Part shown: positions 24,280 through 37,321 of the stretch, piece after piece
Layout of the letters: every line of letters starts with the position of its first letter
How positions within the stretch are numbered: the stretch's first letter is position 1
NCBI GenBank assembly: GCA_030390025.1
Contig: CM059428.1
Span: forward strand, 107,198,001 to 107,262,000
Direction: 5' to 3'
Source of the DNA: Squalus acanthias
Lineage: Eukaryota
DNA: 64,000 nucleotides
The notes under the pieces: generated by a model
Database searches by the model: none
The model's input: the letters and a program-made list of their open reading frames with translations, nothing else
Told to the model about the DNA's origin: nothing
Translations under genes and position numbers: made by a program

Positions 24280-25640
24280 CTATGCTGAGAAACAGCATAT
24301 TGGCATTGGATCAAATTCTGACTAATCTGGAAAATATCATCAATGGTGGCTTGAATGGATCAAGTCATGTAAAAATTCACAGCAACGCACAGGCATGTTA
24401 GATCTTGCTTGTAGGTTGGGTTCCAGTGGGCAGCCTTAATCAGCAACAGTCTCCCTTGTGAAGCAGATACAGTGAAGGCCAATATGCTTACACATGCCCA
24501 AGTGGATGCACCTGGGTCCTGGGCCGAATCTGAGTGCAATGCCATGGAGGAGGTATATTTCATGTTACATTACTCTTATATCATAAAAGCAATATTTCAA
24601 TTAAAATTGTAACTCTGTGCTGAGTAAATAGAACAAGACCTGTTGTCAGTGAGGTATGATAAATATCTCCGTGAGGTTAATTATAACTCACCCACGACTT
24701 AGTCACTTGTGAATTGTCCTTTCAGCCTCACTTGTAAGATGTTAATCATACTGCTGCAGTGACACATCCTCTAACAGTATGCTATTGCATGGCCGGGCTA
24801 TATACACTCACAGAATAGATATCTCGGCTGGCATTTTCCACTGTAACTTCCGTTCATCCCACGTTCACTGCTGATACTGGTAGATTTTCTAGAGTCCACT
24901 AATATACGCATTTTTGGCTGGGATCCCAAAAGGAATTCCACCAGTGATTGAACGTTTGTGCTGGGAGGGGGCAGAAAACTTTGTGCTACTACAGGATTTA
25001 AATTCCTGCAGCAGCTTCAAGGGCCAGGCAGTGTAGTGACAGGAAAGGAGGGCAGAATGTCAAACAGGTTTCTTTGGGCCAGCAGGCATACAATTTCACC
25101 AACAGCAAGCTAGAGATCTTCTGCCAGGAGAGGACAGAGAGAGAGAGGAGAGGATGGCCTGTTTGGGGTGTAGGGGAGGAGAGTGTCAAGATCAGTAGCT
25201 GGAGCCCAGTGGAGAGATGGCACTAGCTGAAAGAAGGTTAATGACCTCATGAGCGGTGGCAAAGTAAGGAAAATCATCCACAGCTCTAGCAATACTTCAT
25301 TTCTTCACTACTAACCCTCACTGTGCTCTAGGGCTTTAATAGATAACTATACTGTGCTCTAGGGCTTTAACAGATAACTATAATGTGCACTAGCCTCAAC
25401 AGACAGCTTTACACTCCCATCTGCCACCTCCAAATGGACTTTCCCTCACAATCTTACATTCCTGCACCCCTTTGAAAGGCAGACTTGGAATGTCTTAATT
25501 TGCAACATCTGTGATCAACATTTTTCATTCTGAATTGCTCACACCTGGCAAATACAGGCCTTTTACACTGTCTGCATTCTTCTAACAGAAGGAAATGGCC
25601 GATGATACTAGGGAGAGACAGGCCATTTTTGGGGTGCTAA
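24280..25640. mobile_element. Highly decayed PIF/Harbinger element (transposase fragment on minus, Myb/SANT fragment on plus)
   Basis: Minus: CFTRETVA and LCVAVNFYMT*SIQAT..ISQ resemble the HARBI1-type transposase N-terminus; plus: YNFTNSKLEIF..DGLFG..KKVNDLMSGGK|gtaagg, then aacag|KEMADDTRER. Confidence 0.5.
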
Positions 25641-25799
25641 TTATGATGGGGCCATAAAGAGGAAGCAAACAAAAGAAGTGGGCATATAACAAGGAAAGGG
25701 ACAGCTGGATTAAGATTAAAGGGTTTTGATGCAGGTTTCTCCTTCAGTGCCTATGCGCTTTGTGTCTGGAGTGCTTTTCAGGTGCTCCAGTTCCATTAA

Positions 25800-26432
25800 T
25801 AGAAAGGCCCACCCATTGCAAAAACAAAATGAGCCTCGCGCAATGCCTCACCATTGAAATGCATTGAATGTCGTGAAGTTGCTGTATTTGCGTGTTCAAT
25901 ACAAACTGAACTCACCACAGATAGTTAAGACTTGTCATTAGTAGCATAAGTACCCTTTTAACTATGTGATGACTGTTAATTAGTGCCAATCAACCTCTGG
26001 CACTGAAAATTAACTATTACAGGTGTGGAGTTTCATTCCTTCAATTGTTGGAGATTTTTAAAATGTTAAATTAAAAAAAAAAGTTTTACTTTTCGTTTCT
26101 GTCTCTTTTCTCTCAATCCAATCTTTCTTTCCCTCTCTTTATTTCTCTTTCTGAACCTGATTTGACATTGAATTTACCCACTCTAATTTACACTTTCTTC
26201 TCAGTCCTTCCGCTGTTTATTTCTCAATCCTTCAATCTGATGGTTTAAGGAGATACACAGTTGCTTGCCCTATTCACTCAAGTGCCGGATGGCCTGTTTC
26301 CCTCGTTGCGCCATTATCAGCTCGCACTTTCAACAATTTAGTGGGCAAAAATGTTTTGAGCTGAAAGGTGCAGGGGCAAATCTAACTAATGACAGATGCT
26401 GTTAGATGCCCTGCTACAGCAAAATCTGGGCC
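25800..26432. mobile_element. Non-autonomous DNA transposon fragment related to 37322-38097
   Basis: Right end CAGCAAAATCTGGGCC; shared internal segments in reverse orientation. Confidence 0.5.
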
Positions 26433-29400
26433 AACATCTTTCATCTGTGATGCAGTTCACTCCGCTCTTGGGGAGGAAAGAGAATATCGCCACTAGGGGG
26501 CCTGTGGGCATGCAGTGCATTGTGGGTAAATCTGGATATATTTTTTTCTCTGCTGGGATTCAGCTTTTTCCTACTACAATCACAACTGGATAAATGAACT
26601 TTTTGACTCTCATACTGGTTAAGTGGCTTGTTAGCTACTTGAACAGTGTTAAAGGATAATCATTGCAGGTGTGCTGTTTTTGGTTGATATTTTTACATAC
26701 GAATTGCATACTACCAAGTTTTTCCTGTATTTCTGTTAGCAATTTAGGAACCTCAAGAAAAAGCAGGTCACATTTTGGGCGGAAAAGAAGGATGTCGCTC
26801 CCAATCTTTCTTTATATCTATAAAATAAGATGATTTAGGTGTGTAGTGAACCTCATAACTTGGTGAACAATGTGTCTTTCATGAATGTCCATCAACCTTT
26901 CTTTGAATGTTGCTCAATTTTCTTCTTCCTCATTAATTAAGTGTGTTTGTTTTTCTATTTTCTAATTGGTTATTTTCTACTTTTGTGATTCATAGTAATA
27001 ATCCACAAAACCTTTCATTCCAATTTATTTCCTTCCCAATCACTTTATAGCAAAAAACCTTCCAACCATGTTACAGAATAAAATCCTCCGAGATACAGCT
27101 ACCATGACAGTTCTTCACCCACCCCATCCGTAACCTAAACATGATCACATAATTCACACATAAAAAGTTCATAAAATTGACCAAGAAAATCAAAAACTTC
27201 CCCATTAACTTTCCTATCCTACTTTCCAATCACTTCAACAAATCTCTTTCAACCCACACCCAGCCCAGTAAGCAACTATCACTACACTCACCCACACCCC
27301 TGTATGACGCGCCCAGCCCAACTCAGGCCAGACATCCTAAGACTTGATGTGAAGAATGGATGCACATCTGCGCGCACAGAAGACCAAAAGCATGCACTTA
27401 CTGATGATTCGGTCCTCTGCTGCTCTCTGGTGATGCCACCAACTGTTCTCTGCTTTATCATTCACTTCCTCCCATCACTCTCCACTTAGTGCTGACTCCA
27501 GCTACTTTCCCCTCTCCTGCAGCTCTGGTCTTGGCTCCCGCAGCTGTGGCTCTGTTGTATGATATCGCTGAAAGAAAAGACAGCACTCGCAGATCATTGA
27601 AAGAAAAGCATGCAGTTGGTGGAGGTTGCCAAGGTAACTGAGAAAGCACTGACAGAAATGAAAGTGACAAAGTGTGAAACGCAGAAAGGGAAGTGTAATA
27701 TGGACAGGAGAAAAATAGCAGAGAGAGAACACAGAGTAAAAGAGAGAGTAACAGAAACAGCAAAGGAGTAATAAAGAAAGGGAGAGTGTAACTGACAAAG
27801 CAGTGACCACAGCTCTGCTGGGCCCCCAAACCCCTTGACACCAGGCACCTCCAAGATGACTAAGTCACAGAGGTGGTGAAATCTCCCCCATTCCTCAAAT
27901 GTTTGCTGTCTGAATAGGAAAGTCACTCCAAAAGAAGCACCAGTTTTACCTACGCCTTGCAGCCTAAAACCCCCTCCCAACCTTTGAGTACTCCAAAATT
28001 CAGTGTCATGCCAAGAGATAAAGAAAGCCCTTAAAGTTGTCAAGCGACAACTGCAAGACCTTAATGAGAAATGAAGCAGTAATGCCAGCTCTGTACAGGT
28101 TATACAGAACACAGCGCTGCATGCCCCTAATAATCATGAACAATGCCACAGGGGATCTATTAGTATATAATTAATCATTTTTAAACATTGGGAATATCCT
28201 TTGTAACTAATACTACAGGATCAACAATAGTCTATGTAAGAGGTAAGACAGACCATTATTTTGTTTGTCTGTTCTACGTGCCCGTAGATCCATCTCAAAG
28301 CACGAAAATGGCTACAAAGATGTCCCTGTTCAGACTGAAGGCCTTGTGTGAAGCTTGTCTTATGGCACAATTTCAATCATCAAACAATAACCATAAATGA
28401 GAGTAAGGTACCACAGGACAAATGCAAGGCTCACACAGAAAACTAAACCAGTGAGTTAGACAGCTTGTATTTTTGTAACAGGACAGACAAACTGCACTTA
28501 CTCATATGTTTCCCATCACATATGAGTAATGTCAAAAAGGGTGTAGACAGTTGTTTATATAAAACATACAAATAATATTGGGAGAATTTCAAAGGAAAAC
28601 AACATTGGTTTTGTGGAAAATTTGCAATTAAAAAAGTCAATTATATCAGCACATTACCTATGGCACACAGGAAGTTAAAACAGAAAATAAAATATTCATT
28701 CAAAATGAAAATAATTGTTATTAATATTCCATATGCTGGTGTGTACCATACATTGGTATTCCCTGTGTTGGTGTATATACTAAATATCTATTGTTTAATG
28801 AAAGTGATTATAAATGAATGACATAAAAAAAGTGAGAAAACACTGATCAGGTAATCCTTAGTAAGAAAATATTTCACAATTACACTGTCGTACTCAGGTT
28901 GACATAATTAAAGGTAAATAGCCCAGTGGCTTTATGTTCAATTTAAATTAAAATATGTCTGTAAGTAATCTTTAAAAAGGAAGACCTAAAGCAGGTGAAA
29001 TATTCTATTTGTGGTGATCAAGGAACATAGTAGGACTTTTAACTGAAACTCTCTTTCTCATTACGTAGCAAAGACAATATTGAAGTAGTCAAAGAATAGA
29101 TCTGATCTAATGTAGCGATGTTTGGATTTTACATAACCATTTAGCTGTGCAAAAGCTCAACAGCAATACTGATGATTAATATGACTCATAAGAATAAATT
29201 TCTCAGTATCAGAACCATTTTCATATTTTGATATATAAAAATCATTGTCACTTTAGTAGACTACCATGACAACACTATATTAAAATTTGTGGAATGCCGC
29301 CCCATCGTTTGCTGACAGTTTGTATTTATGTTAAGATATCGGGAGTAAGGCACATTTCCACCATCAATCGTGCCATCAGGGAAAGAAAGCTGGCTGTTCT

Positions 29401-29619
29401 CATAAATCCTAGCTGTCACCTTGGGCTACTTTCATATAACTTCTTGCAGCTGATTATTGAGCAGTCCTGTTGAAGGCCTAGTAGCAATTCTCTAGCCCAT
29501 CGTCTCAACCAGGAGAAGGGGCACACTATGGTCAGACATAAGATGGGGAAATAATAGGTAAAAGGAGTGTAAAAGAACATATAAAAATAAATTAATATCA
29601 TATTTTTAAAAAATTATGT

Positions 29620-31084
29620 CCATTGACTTTAAAATTTTAGTTTTTATTCAAACAAAACTCAAGAAATAGGTGCAAAGTATCATAGTTAGACTTGGATATA
29701 ATATAAATTGTGTGCACAATATGAATTTCAAAGAGAATCCTCCAAAGCCAAGCATTTTCTGATAAAATGTTATTCAATTTAATATTTTAATTTACATTTC
29801 TGTCTATGTACAATGTACTGAACATTTGAAAACACACAGGTTAACACGATAAAACACTGTTGGATGCTAAAGGAGCACAGAGATGGTTTGTGAATACACT
29901 CTGTTGTCAAAAGCAAGGCACTGCCCCTTTAACAGCTAGGGTTCCTGAATTCAGCCTGCAGAGTTACTCTGAGCAACTGGCAATTGTCGCAATAAATACA
30001 GGCAAAGCCATTACAATAACATGCATATAATCTTTATACAAATAAAGACATTATGCAACAAAAGTATTTTTGTATTAGTATATGGCATCAACAGTATAAA
30101 CATCATACAAAAAACTTTTACGAACACGGAATGTTTAATGCAGCTGACTGCATCCCTTCTAGCACCTACATTCTTACAACTACAGTATTCAGTAAGACCT
30201 GCTGGGTTTGTAAAACAGTCTGGTGGATCAACTAATTCTGACTCAGAAGATCTTGCCTTTGCTGTACTTCAATATCCTTATGTCCAAACTCTATGTGATC
30301 ATTCTTAAAACACTTCACAAAAGTTTTTTAAAAATTAAAATGTGTTTTTTATTCCATATATTTCTCTTTCTAAGCAACGTGTAAGTGCTCTTCTGGTTCA
30401 CAAAGTGTCCCCGCGTCATTTGTACATTGATCAGTACAAATATCACTATAATTCAAGTTCGGGTAACTTTGTCAGTAAAGTTAGTGCCAACAATTCCTCG
30501 TATTTCATCAAATTCTTTTAGTATTACAATAAATTAGAGTTTGAAAAAACAAAACCAACAAAAAAAATCTTGAAGTTGTAGCACTTTCAAAAAATTGCAC
30601 TTGAACGTGTGAGCCAACAGCCTTTTATCGCTGCATTCTAAAAACAGAATTTTTCATCAGAGGTGCCTCCTTGCACCACCACTTGCTGTACATATGACAC
30701 ATCAGGAGCTATACTAAAGGCATCAATCACAATAAAAAGCGTACTACCTTTGTAACAACTTTGTTGTTGACATTTTTAATAAGTTTCCTATCAATCACCC
30801 AAGAACGTTGGGACGACATGTTACAGACTGAAAAAAGTCAGATAATCATTTCAACCATGACAGGTTTCGTTCCCAAGGTACCACGTTAGCATTCCCAAAA
30901 GCAGCAAGCAGACAGTGTTTTTAGGTATAGGATCCTGCAGAATGAAGCGCTAGGAAAAGTTCTTGGACGTGGGCAGTTAGAGCTGCTTTCTAGGGGACAG
31001 AGGCCAGAGCACCAGCTGTTGTTTTGTCACAATCCACTTGGCTACTGAAGTGTGCGATTGCCAAGAAGAAAGAGCTGAAACATC
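29620..31084 (-). other. NR4A3: NR4A3 3'UTR with candidate polyadenylation signals
   Basis: AT-rich and free of obvious repeats; minus-strand AATAAA at 30348-30353 and 29643-29648, the latter followed by U-rich sequence; true end unknown. Confidence 0.6.
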
Positions 31085-31341
31085 TCAGAAAGGCAGTGTG
31101 TCCAGAAACAGCTTGTCGATGATGGCTGGAGGCGGCACCAGGTCCTCTAGTTTTAGGTAGAAGATGCGTTGGAGCCCCTGTGTACAGAGAGAACGTAACT
31201 GAGGTATGACGCCCAGCACCTTGGACAATGGCTGCCCTTTGTTTTCCCCAGGATTGCTGAATGACACGTGTTCCTTCAGACAGCTGATGATCCGGGATTG
31301 CAACTCTTCCACTTTCTTTGGTTCTTTTAACCCATGACGAT
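31085..31341 (-). CDS. NR4A3: NR4A3 last coding exon: LBD C-terminus and AF-2
   Basis: [15 protein letters not shown]...[34 protein letters not shown]; tctccacag| acceptor; TGA at 31087-31085. Confidence 0.97.
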
Positions 31342-33902
31342 CTGTGGAGACATGACAGGCAATATTTACAAACAACTATTAAAATATTAAATCATTTTCT
31401 CTGATATTAGATATACAAAAAAACACATTTCTTTGCTGTTTACCGTCCCATCAGTGTACTTTTCAAACATGGGCAGCCTAATTATAACATTTTACCGATG
31501 CAATGGGTTAGCACATTGTCATTTTATCTTTGGAACCTTGTTTTAAATTCCAGTTCAAGCTCATGGGATGAAAGTTTCCTCTCATAGGCAGCTATTAAGG
31601 TCTTGTATTTGGCCAGTCTCACTTAAAGAACCCATAAAAATGATTAGTCTGGGAAAATGAAACGGGTACAGTGATGATGCTTTTCTGAGACTGAGACAAA
31701 GGCACACGGTTGGGGCAGAATTAAAGGGCTTTATTCTGAATGGGGCCTCGGTTATAGCTGATCTAGGAATGTCTGATACCAATTCTGAGTGTCCAGAATG
31801 CAAACTTTCTCAATGAGCACAGAATTCACCAAAAAATATCAATATATTACATTAAAAATCCCACACAGGGTGTGCACTTCATGCCCACAACTTTACTTCT
31901 TCTGTTATCATGCTTTTTGGTCCCACTTTAGTCTCCACTTTTCCCATGGTAAATTATTATGTCAACATTTCTCATTCAATTTTGCCATGTAAACTCTCAG
32001 CGTAATGGCAGGCTCTGGCCACTGGGTGCCACTGTGGAGCAAATTTCTGAATTCTTTCTCTCACTCTTCACCATCTTGTTTTTCTTTTATACACAGGGAG
32101 GTCATAAAGGTAATTGTGTTTTCCCTGCCCTAGTTGATCAGAGTTGTAAATATAAAAATTAGTTTCTGCTTTAAAGCTTCTGGCAACTTAGGGTGTTAGG
32201 GAGGATGTTGGGAGCTGACAGGGATGATGATATGAGGCAGAAGTATTGAGAGGCTGGTCGGGCTGCAACAAATGAGCAGAGCAATGGGGAATGGAAGATG
32301 GAGGGAAGAAGGGGAGGATAGAACATTCCAAGGTGACAGCAAGGGTTGTGTGCCTTGGGAAGCAGGCATGGGCAAGGTAGTTAGAACTCCACCATCTTGA
32401 CACTGCCTTCCAGTACCACTGGAAAATATAGCCTGTTTCCTTCAGCAGCTCCCCTCCTCGTCACACCATCCACCACCTCACACACGAAAGGGAAAAAAAA
32501 GAGAAAAATAGGCAGAAGGTGACACAGACATCAGAAAGCACTAAGAAAAGAGGAGACAGAGAGAAGCTGAACAGAAAGACAGAGAACCAGAGGATGAGAC
32601 AGAGACACATGGAGAAACACAAAATCAACAGATAGGTAAATGAGAGATTGTATGTGCGATTTGCTGTGAGCAATGCCATAGGAAATCCATTAGTAAACAA
32701 TTTAAAAAGTACTAAATTACAACAGCTTGAACTAAAATTTTAGTGCTGAATGCAATAAAAAAACAATAAACTAAATCTCTAGAAAATTGATAAATCTAAA
32801 ATTATGTTAAAGAAAATGTAGGGTTGAGTTTTATGGTGTGAACTAGGGTTTTGCTATAATAAAAAGCAAGCAATCCTTTATTAAAACAGAACAATCAAAT
32901 GTTCTGTCCTCCCTCTCACTGACTTCCGTAGAACATTTTTTTAAGCTGAGAAGATGGAAAGATCTGGGTCACGGGCACATCTATGACTGTGAGGATAATT
33001 GTACACAGACACATTATCTGAAACTTAAGGAGGAATATAATAATGTTAAGACTAACAATCACTAAAATTAATCACAAGGAATTTGGAAATTGTAGTAGGG
33101 AGGTGACAAGAAAGATTAGAAAGACTAAAAGGTAATATGGAAATGATTAGCAAATAACATATAAGCATATAAAATAAAAGAATACAGTGAAAGTACTCAG
33201 GGACAAAGAGGAAGTCTAATTGTGGAAGATGAAGGTATGGCAAAAATATTAAATAAATGTTTATATTGGTTTTTACAAATGATGGCGGAACTCAGAACAT
33301 AGCTTTACTAGAGGAGGAGACAGAACTATTGATAGTAACAGTAGGAAAGGAATTGGTTCCGAATACATTAGGAGAACACACGGTGGATTTGTCACTGGAC
33401 TCTGAAAGCATGACCCTAGGCTGTTGAAAAAAGTGGAGCAGAGATAACAGAGGCTCTGGCCATAATTTTTCAATCATCTTTAAATATGAAAATTGTGTCA
33501 TGGGTTCTGAGAGTAGCCAACGCAAGACCATTGTTCAAGAAGGGCAAACCAAGTAACTATGGACCAGTTAATTTAACTTCTATTATGGGTGCAAACCCTT
33601 AAAGTCCATAATTTGAGATATAGTTAGTAAATATTTAGAAATGTATGGGTTAAATTAAGGACAGCCAGCACAGAATTTGTTAAAGGCAAGTCGTGTCTGT
33701 CAAACTTAGTAGTTTTTTGGATATGGGGAATTCAGTAGATGGAGTGTATATAGATTTTCAAAGGTGTTGTATAAAAGGTGTCCCACAGCAGGCTTGTTAT
33801 AAACATTCAGGCATATGTATCTGAGAAAATATAGCAGCATGGATAGAAAGTTTGTTGACAAACAAGAAACAAAGAAATACAGTAAATGAGTGTTCCTCAG
33901 AC

Positions 33903-33955
33903 TTTATATATATATACATACATATATACACACACACACACACATATATATGCAT

Positions 33956-33996
<41 letters not shown>

Positions 33997-34082
33997 AATA
34001 TATACACACCTATACATACACGCATATATACACACATACATAAACATATATACACACACAACACACACGCACATACATATAT
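33903..34082. repeat. (TA)n/(CA)n compound microsatellite
   Basis: Read directly; continues at 34250-34273 after an inserted element. Confidence 0.92.
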
Positions 34083-34090
34083 CAATACAC

Positions 34091-34249
34091 CAACGTTCCC
34101 GCTAAGCTGCGTGGCCGCGCAGCTGTCTGGAGGTTCCGCACAGCCCAGGGCCGGCTTTTCAAATGGGAGATTTTGCGTGTGAAATTTTGAATAGGCCGCA
34201 CAGCCCGTTAAAGGGACCGTGCACCCAAAAGAAATTAGGGGGAATATTG
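34091..34249. mobile_element. hAT-like MITE inserted in the microsatellite
   Basis: TIRs CAACGTTCCCGCTAA / TTAGGGGGAATATTG; GC-rich island within TA/CA repeats. Confidence 0.65.
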
Positions 34250-36185
34250 ATATACATATACACACACATATATAAAGGACTTCAGCAGGACTTAAGTTAG
34301 CAGAATAGGTAAATAGGTGGCAGATTTTATTTAAAGTGGATAAGTGTGAGGTAATACATTTTGGGAGAAAAAACAAGGAATGGGAATATACAATTAATGG
34401 AAAGTCACTGAAAGGTGTGGATGAACAGAGGGACCATGGGTATCATATACATAATTCCTTGAAAAGGAGCGTGCTGGGAGAGAAAAGTCATATAAATCTC
34501 AATAGAATGTTGTGCTTTATAAATAGGAGCATAGGGTACAAGAGTAAATAAGTAATGATAAATTTATACAAAACATTAGTTAGGCCAGAGTTTGAGTACT
34601 GGTGGCGTGCAGGGTGAGGCAGAGACTATTGCATCTTTTAAAGGAAAATTGGATAATTAATTTGAAGCAGCGAAAGATACAAGGCTATAGGGAGAGAACA
34701 GGACGTTTTTGATTACTCTACCAAAGAGCCGATACATACACAGTGGGCCGAATGGCCTCCTTCTGTGCTGTAAACCTCTATGGTTCTATGATTGCCCTCC
34801 CCCTCTCAGATGGAATGTTCTGATATCAATCAGCATTCACTCAATCTAGTGGCTTGGCTAAGAATGGGGGTAACTTGTAACTATGATCAGAAGATTCAAA
34901 TGATAAGCCATATTGAACTCTAAGCCTGAGACCCTGATTGAGAAGCCAGCAATATAATTCCTAGGCGACTATGCAAATTATTTCTTTGGTATGTACTGCG
35001 CTACTTTTATTGTTGAGCAATCTGGTCATGTGTAATGTCATGATGAAACTCATTTGAACTTTACCCAAGTTTTCTTAGAATATCAATTTCAAAACTTTAC
35101 TTTGTACAGATTAGTAAGCACAGAGAGCAGCCTGGTTAATGAAATGTATGGCATCTAGTAGCATCTTGTATTTGAAATGGTGCAGCAATACCACTTTAAG
35201 ATATTGACCCAACACCGGCATGTTGATGGCACTGAAGTTCGGCTTGTGCTGGCATTTGTCAGCAGCTAGGCTCAGACCGAATCAGGACAATTTGCTGGGA
35301 AGAGGACTTCACCTCAAAAAAGAAAACTGAATAAATCCAACTGGGTCCACAGCCACCATGCCTTCTATTAGCGGAGTGTGGGGCAGCTTTGACTTTGGTC
35401 ATCATAACGAGGTATTTCACCTCTATAATTATGTTTTCACAGATGAACTGAAGCAAAGTAAAAAGGTCAAAAAGAGAAACTCAAGAAATTAAAAATATTG
35501 CTAAAAAAAAGGTACAGAGGGTCCAAAATGTATTTCTAGGTTACCTATCACTGATAAACTATGGATACCATTATTTATTCAGCAATTGGAGATCAGCATT
35601 CAGGCTACAGTGCAGCTGTCGGTATCAAACACTCAGTCTGGAATTCCTTGTGGAATCCATATGTGATCTAAGGGTTAACCTAAAATATCTCAATGCTTAT
35701 TTCTCAAGTTTAATCATGTTTACATAGCTTGATTCAAATTGTTTAGTTGTCTGAAACTTTTGAAACATGAGAGTAATAAGAAGTAGATCCGTACAGAGAT
35801 AGTAAATCATTATCACTACCTGACAAAACAAATGCTTGAAGAGATCCTCTGCACCTATGTGACTGAACAGCTGGACATCTGAATTGATTTGTTTAAAAAA
35901 AAACAGAAAACAAAACCGCAATCTGCTAATGCATATTCAACAGGGCCCCAAGCAGATCCCTACAATATACAACCATCAAGCCAGCAAAATAGTTTTCAAT
36001 TGTATTCAATATTAAAACTAAAACAATACTGCCAGCACAGACTCAATGAGCCAAAAGTGACTGTGATTAAAAAAACAGAGCATAGAACCATAGGATAGAG
36101 AGGTAATGAGCATATATCAGTCCTACAAATCATGTGACTACACCACTGCAAGATTCTGGGAAAAAAATAGATAAATAATTCCTAC

Positions 36186-36364
36186 CTGTGATCATAACTA
36201 GAGCTGCTAGACATGCAAAAGCTGAGACATCAAAGTTAAGGCTTTGTAAATTTGTAGAGAATTCCTTGATTGTGTCGAGCCATTCACCAAATCCACGAAG
36301 GCACTGAAGTCGATGCAAGACAAGTCCATTACAGAATACAAACTTATCCTCTGCTGGAGCAGAT
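36186..36364 (-). CDS. NR4A3: NR4A3 coding exon 5: ligand-binding domain
   Basis: [59 protein letters not shown]; tttacag| acceptor, G|gtagga donor; 179 nt. Confidence 0.96.
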
Positions 36365-37126
36365 CTGTAAATAATTGTTAAAATGACAGTTAATGAACTG
36401 TAACATTATAATCCTACAATAACCTTTGCAACATACGATCAGCAGTGGTCCACATTCTACAAGAGTTCTGAAATTATAAACACTCACTCCTCCAAGAGAG
36501 GTTTTATTGCAATTATTCTTTGGCTATAACACACTGATATATATTACATTCATGGTATGCAGTATCTATGACAGCGTACATGATACAGAGTGATAGCAAG
36601 TGAGCTTTATAGAAGATGGCCCTGTATTCTGATTCTGGAGAATAGCAATGCACTGTTAGGGTGCACTGCTGCACTTTCTCACTGATTCAGTTAACGTTTG
36701 GTGTGTTTTAGATGTACACTATAGGTTATATTTTAGAAACTTTGACACAATTAATCTTGTATGATTTGGTTACATTCCAAACACGCTCGCTTAGTCAATT
36801 ATTTGGTAACACGCTTACTTTGTCATCATTTCACTTTGACTGTCATTCAATGACATGCACATTTTCTCTGCCACCTGGAGTCATCTCAAGCTGATATTCA
36901 TTAGAATAAGCAGCAAAAGTAAGAAACAAATAGTAACTGTATAACGAACACCATCTGTTACACATTACTTATTGAAAGGAAAGATTTAAAAAATTGTGAA
37001 TACTGCCAATTTGAAATAATGACAGAAAATATTGGTAATGCACAAGGTCGGTCAGCATCTAAAAGTGATTGAAAGTTGAATGTTTCTGAAGTTCTGATGA
37101 AAAATAACACTGGAAATGTTAATTAT

Positions 37127-37256
37127 GGCCAGGAATTTCCAGAACTTCACTAGAAGTGTGGCGGAAACCCCGTTTACGTGCGTAAATGGAGTTGCTGCTA
37201 CAATTCCGGCAAAGTAATGTGGCGAAGTGGGAGGAGTCCAGAGGAAATTCCTGGCC
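37127..37256. mobile_element. MITE with perfect 14-bp TIRs and 3-bp TSD (PIF/Harbinger-like)
   Basis: TIR GGCCAGGAATTTCC / GGAAATTCCTGGCC; TAT on both flanks; internally palindromic. Confidence 0.8.
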
Positions 37257-37321
37257 TATCCTTCATTCTCTTTTACATGGTGAATAACTTCTGGTGCATT
37301 TCCAACATTTCAAAAAATTTT

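Larger units (their letters stand above)
33000..34792 (+). mobile_element. Fragmented CR1 LINE in the last NR4A3 intron (antisense to the gene)
   Basis: NYGPVNLTS, VYIDFQ, DKCEVIHFGRKN remnants; 3' tail GGGCCGAATGGCCTCCTTCTGTGCTGTAA...TTCTATG. Confidence 0.8.

Noticed and set aside
27458-28112. Hydrophobic minus-strand ORFs (127-172 aa)
   Set aside because: Products of a purine-rich low-complexity plus strand; no recognisable domain or splice structure
33797-34376. Tyr/Ile/His-rich ORFs
   Set aside because: Translation of the TA/CA microsatellite
35462-35469. NBRE (AAAGGTCA) autoregulatory sites, also at 18350 and 16079
   Set aside because: About two matches of an 8-mer are expected by chance in 64 kb on both strands, and two of the three lie in repeats
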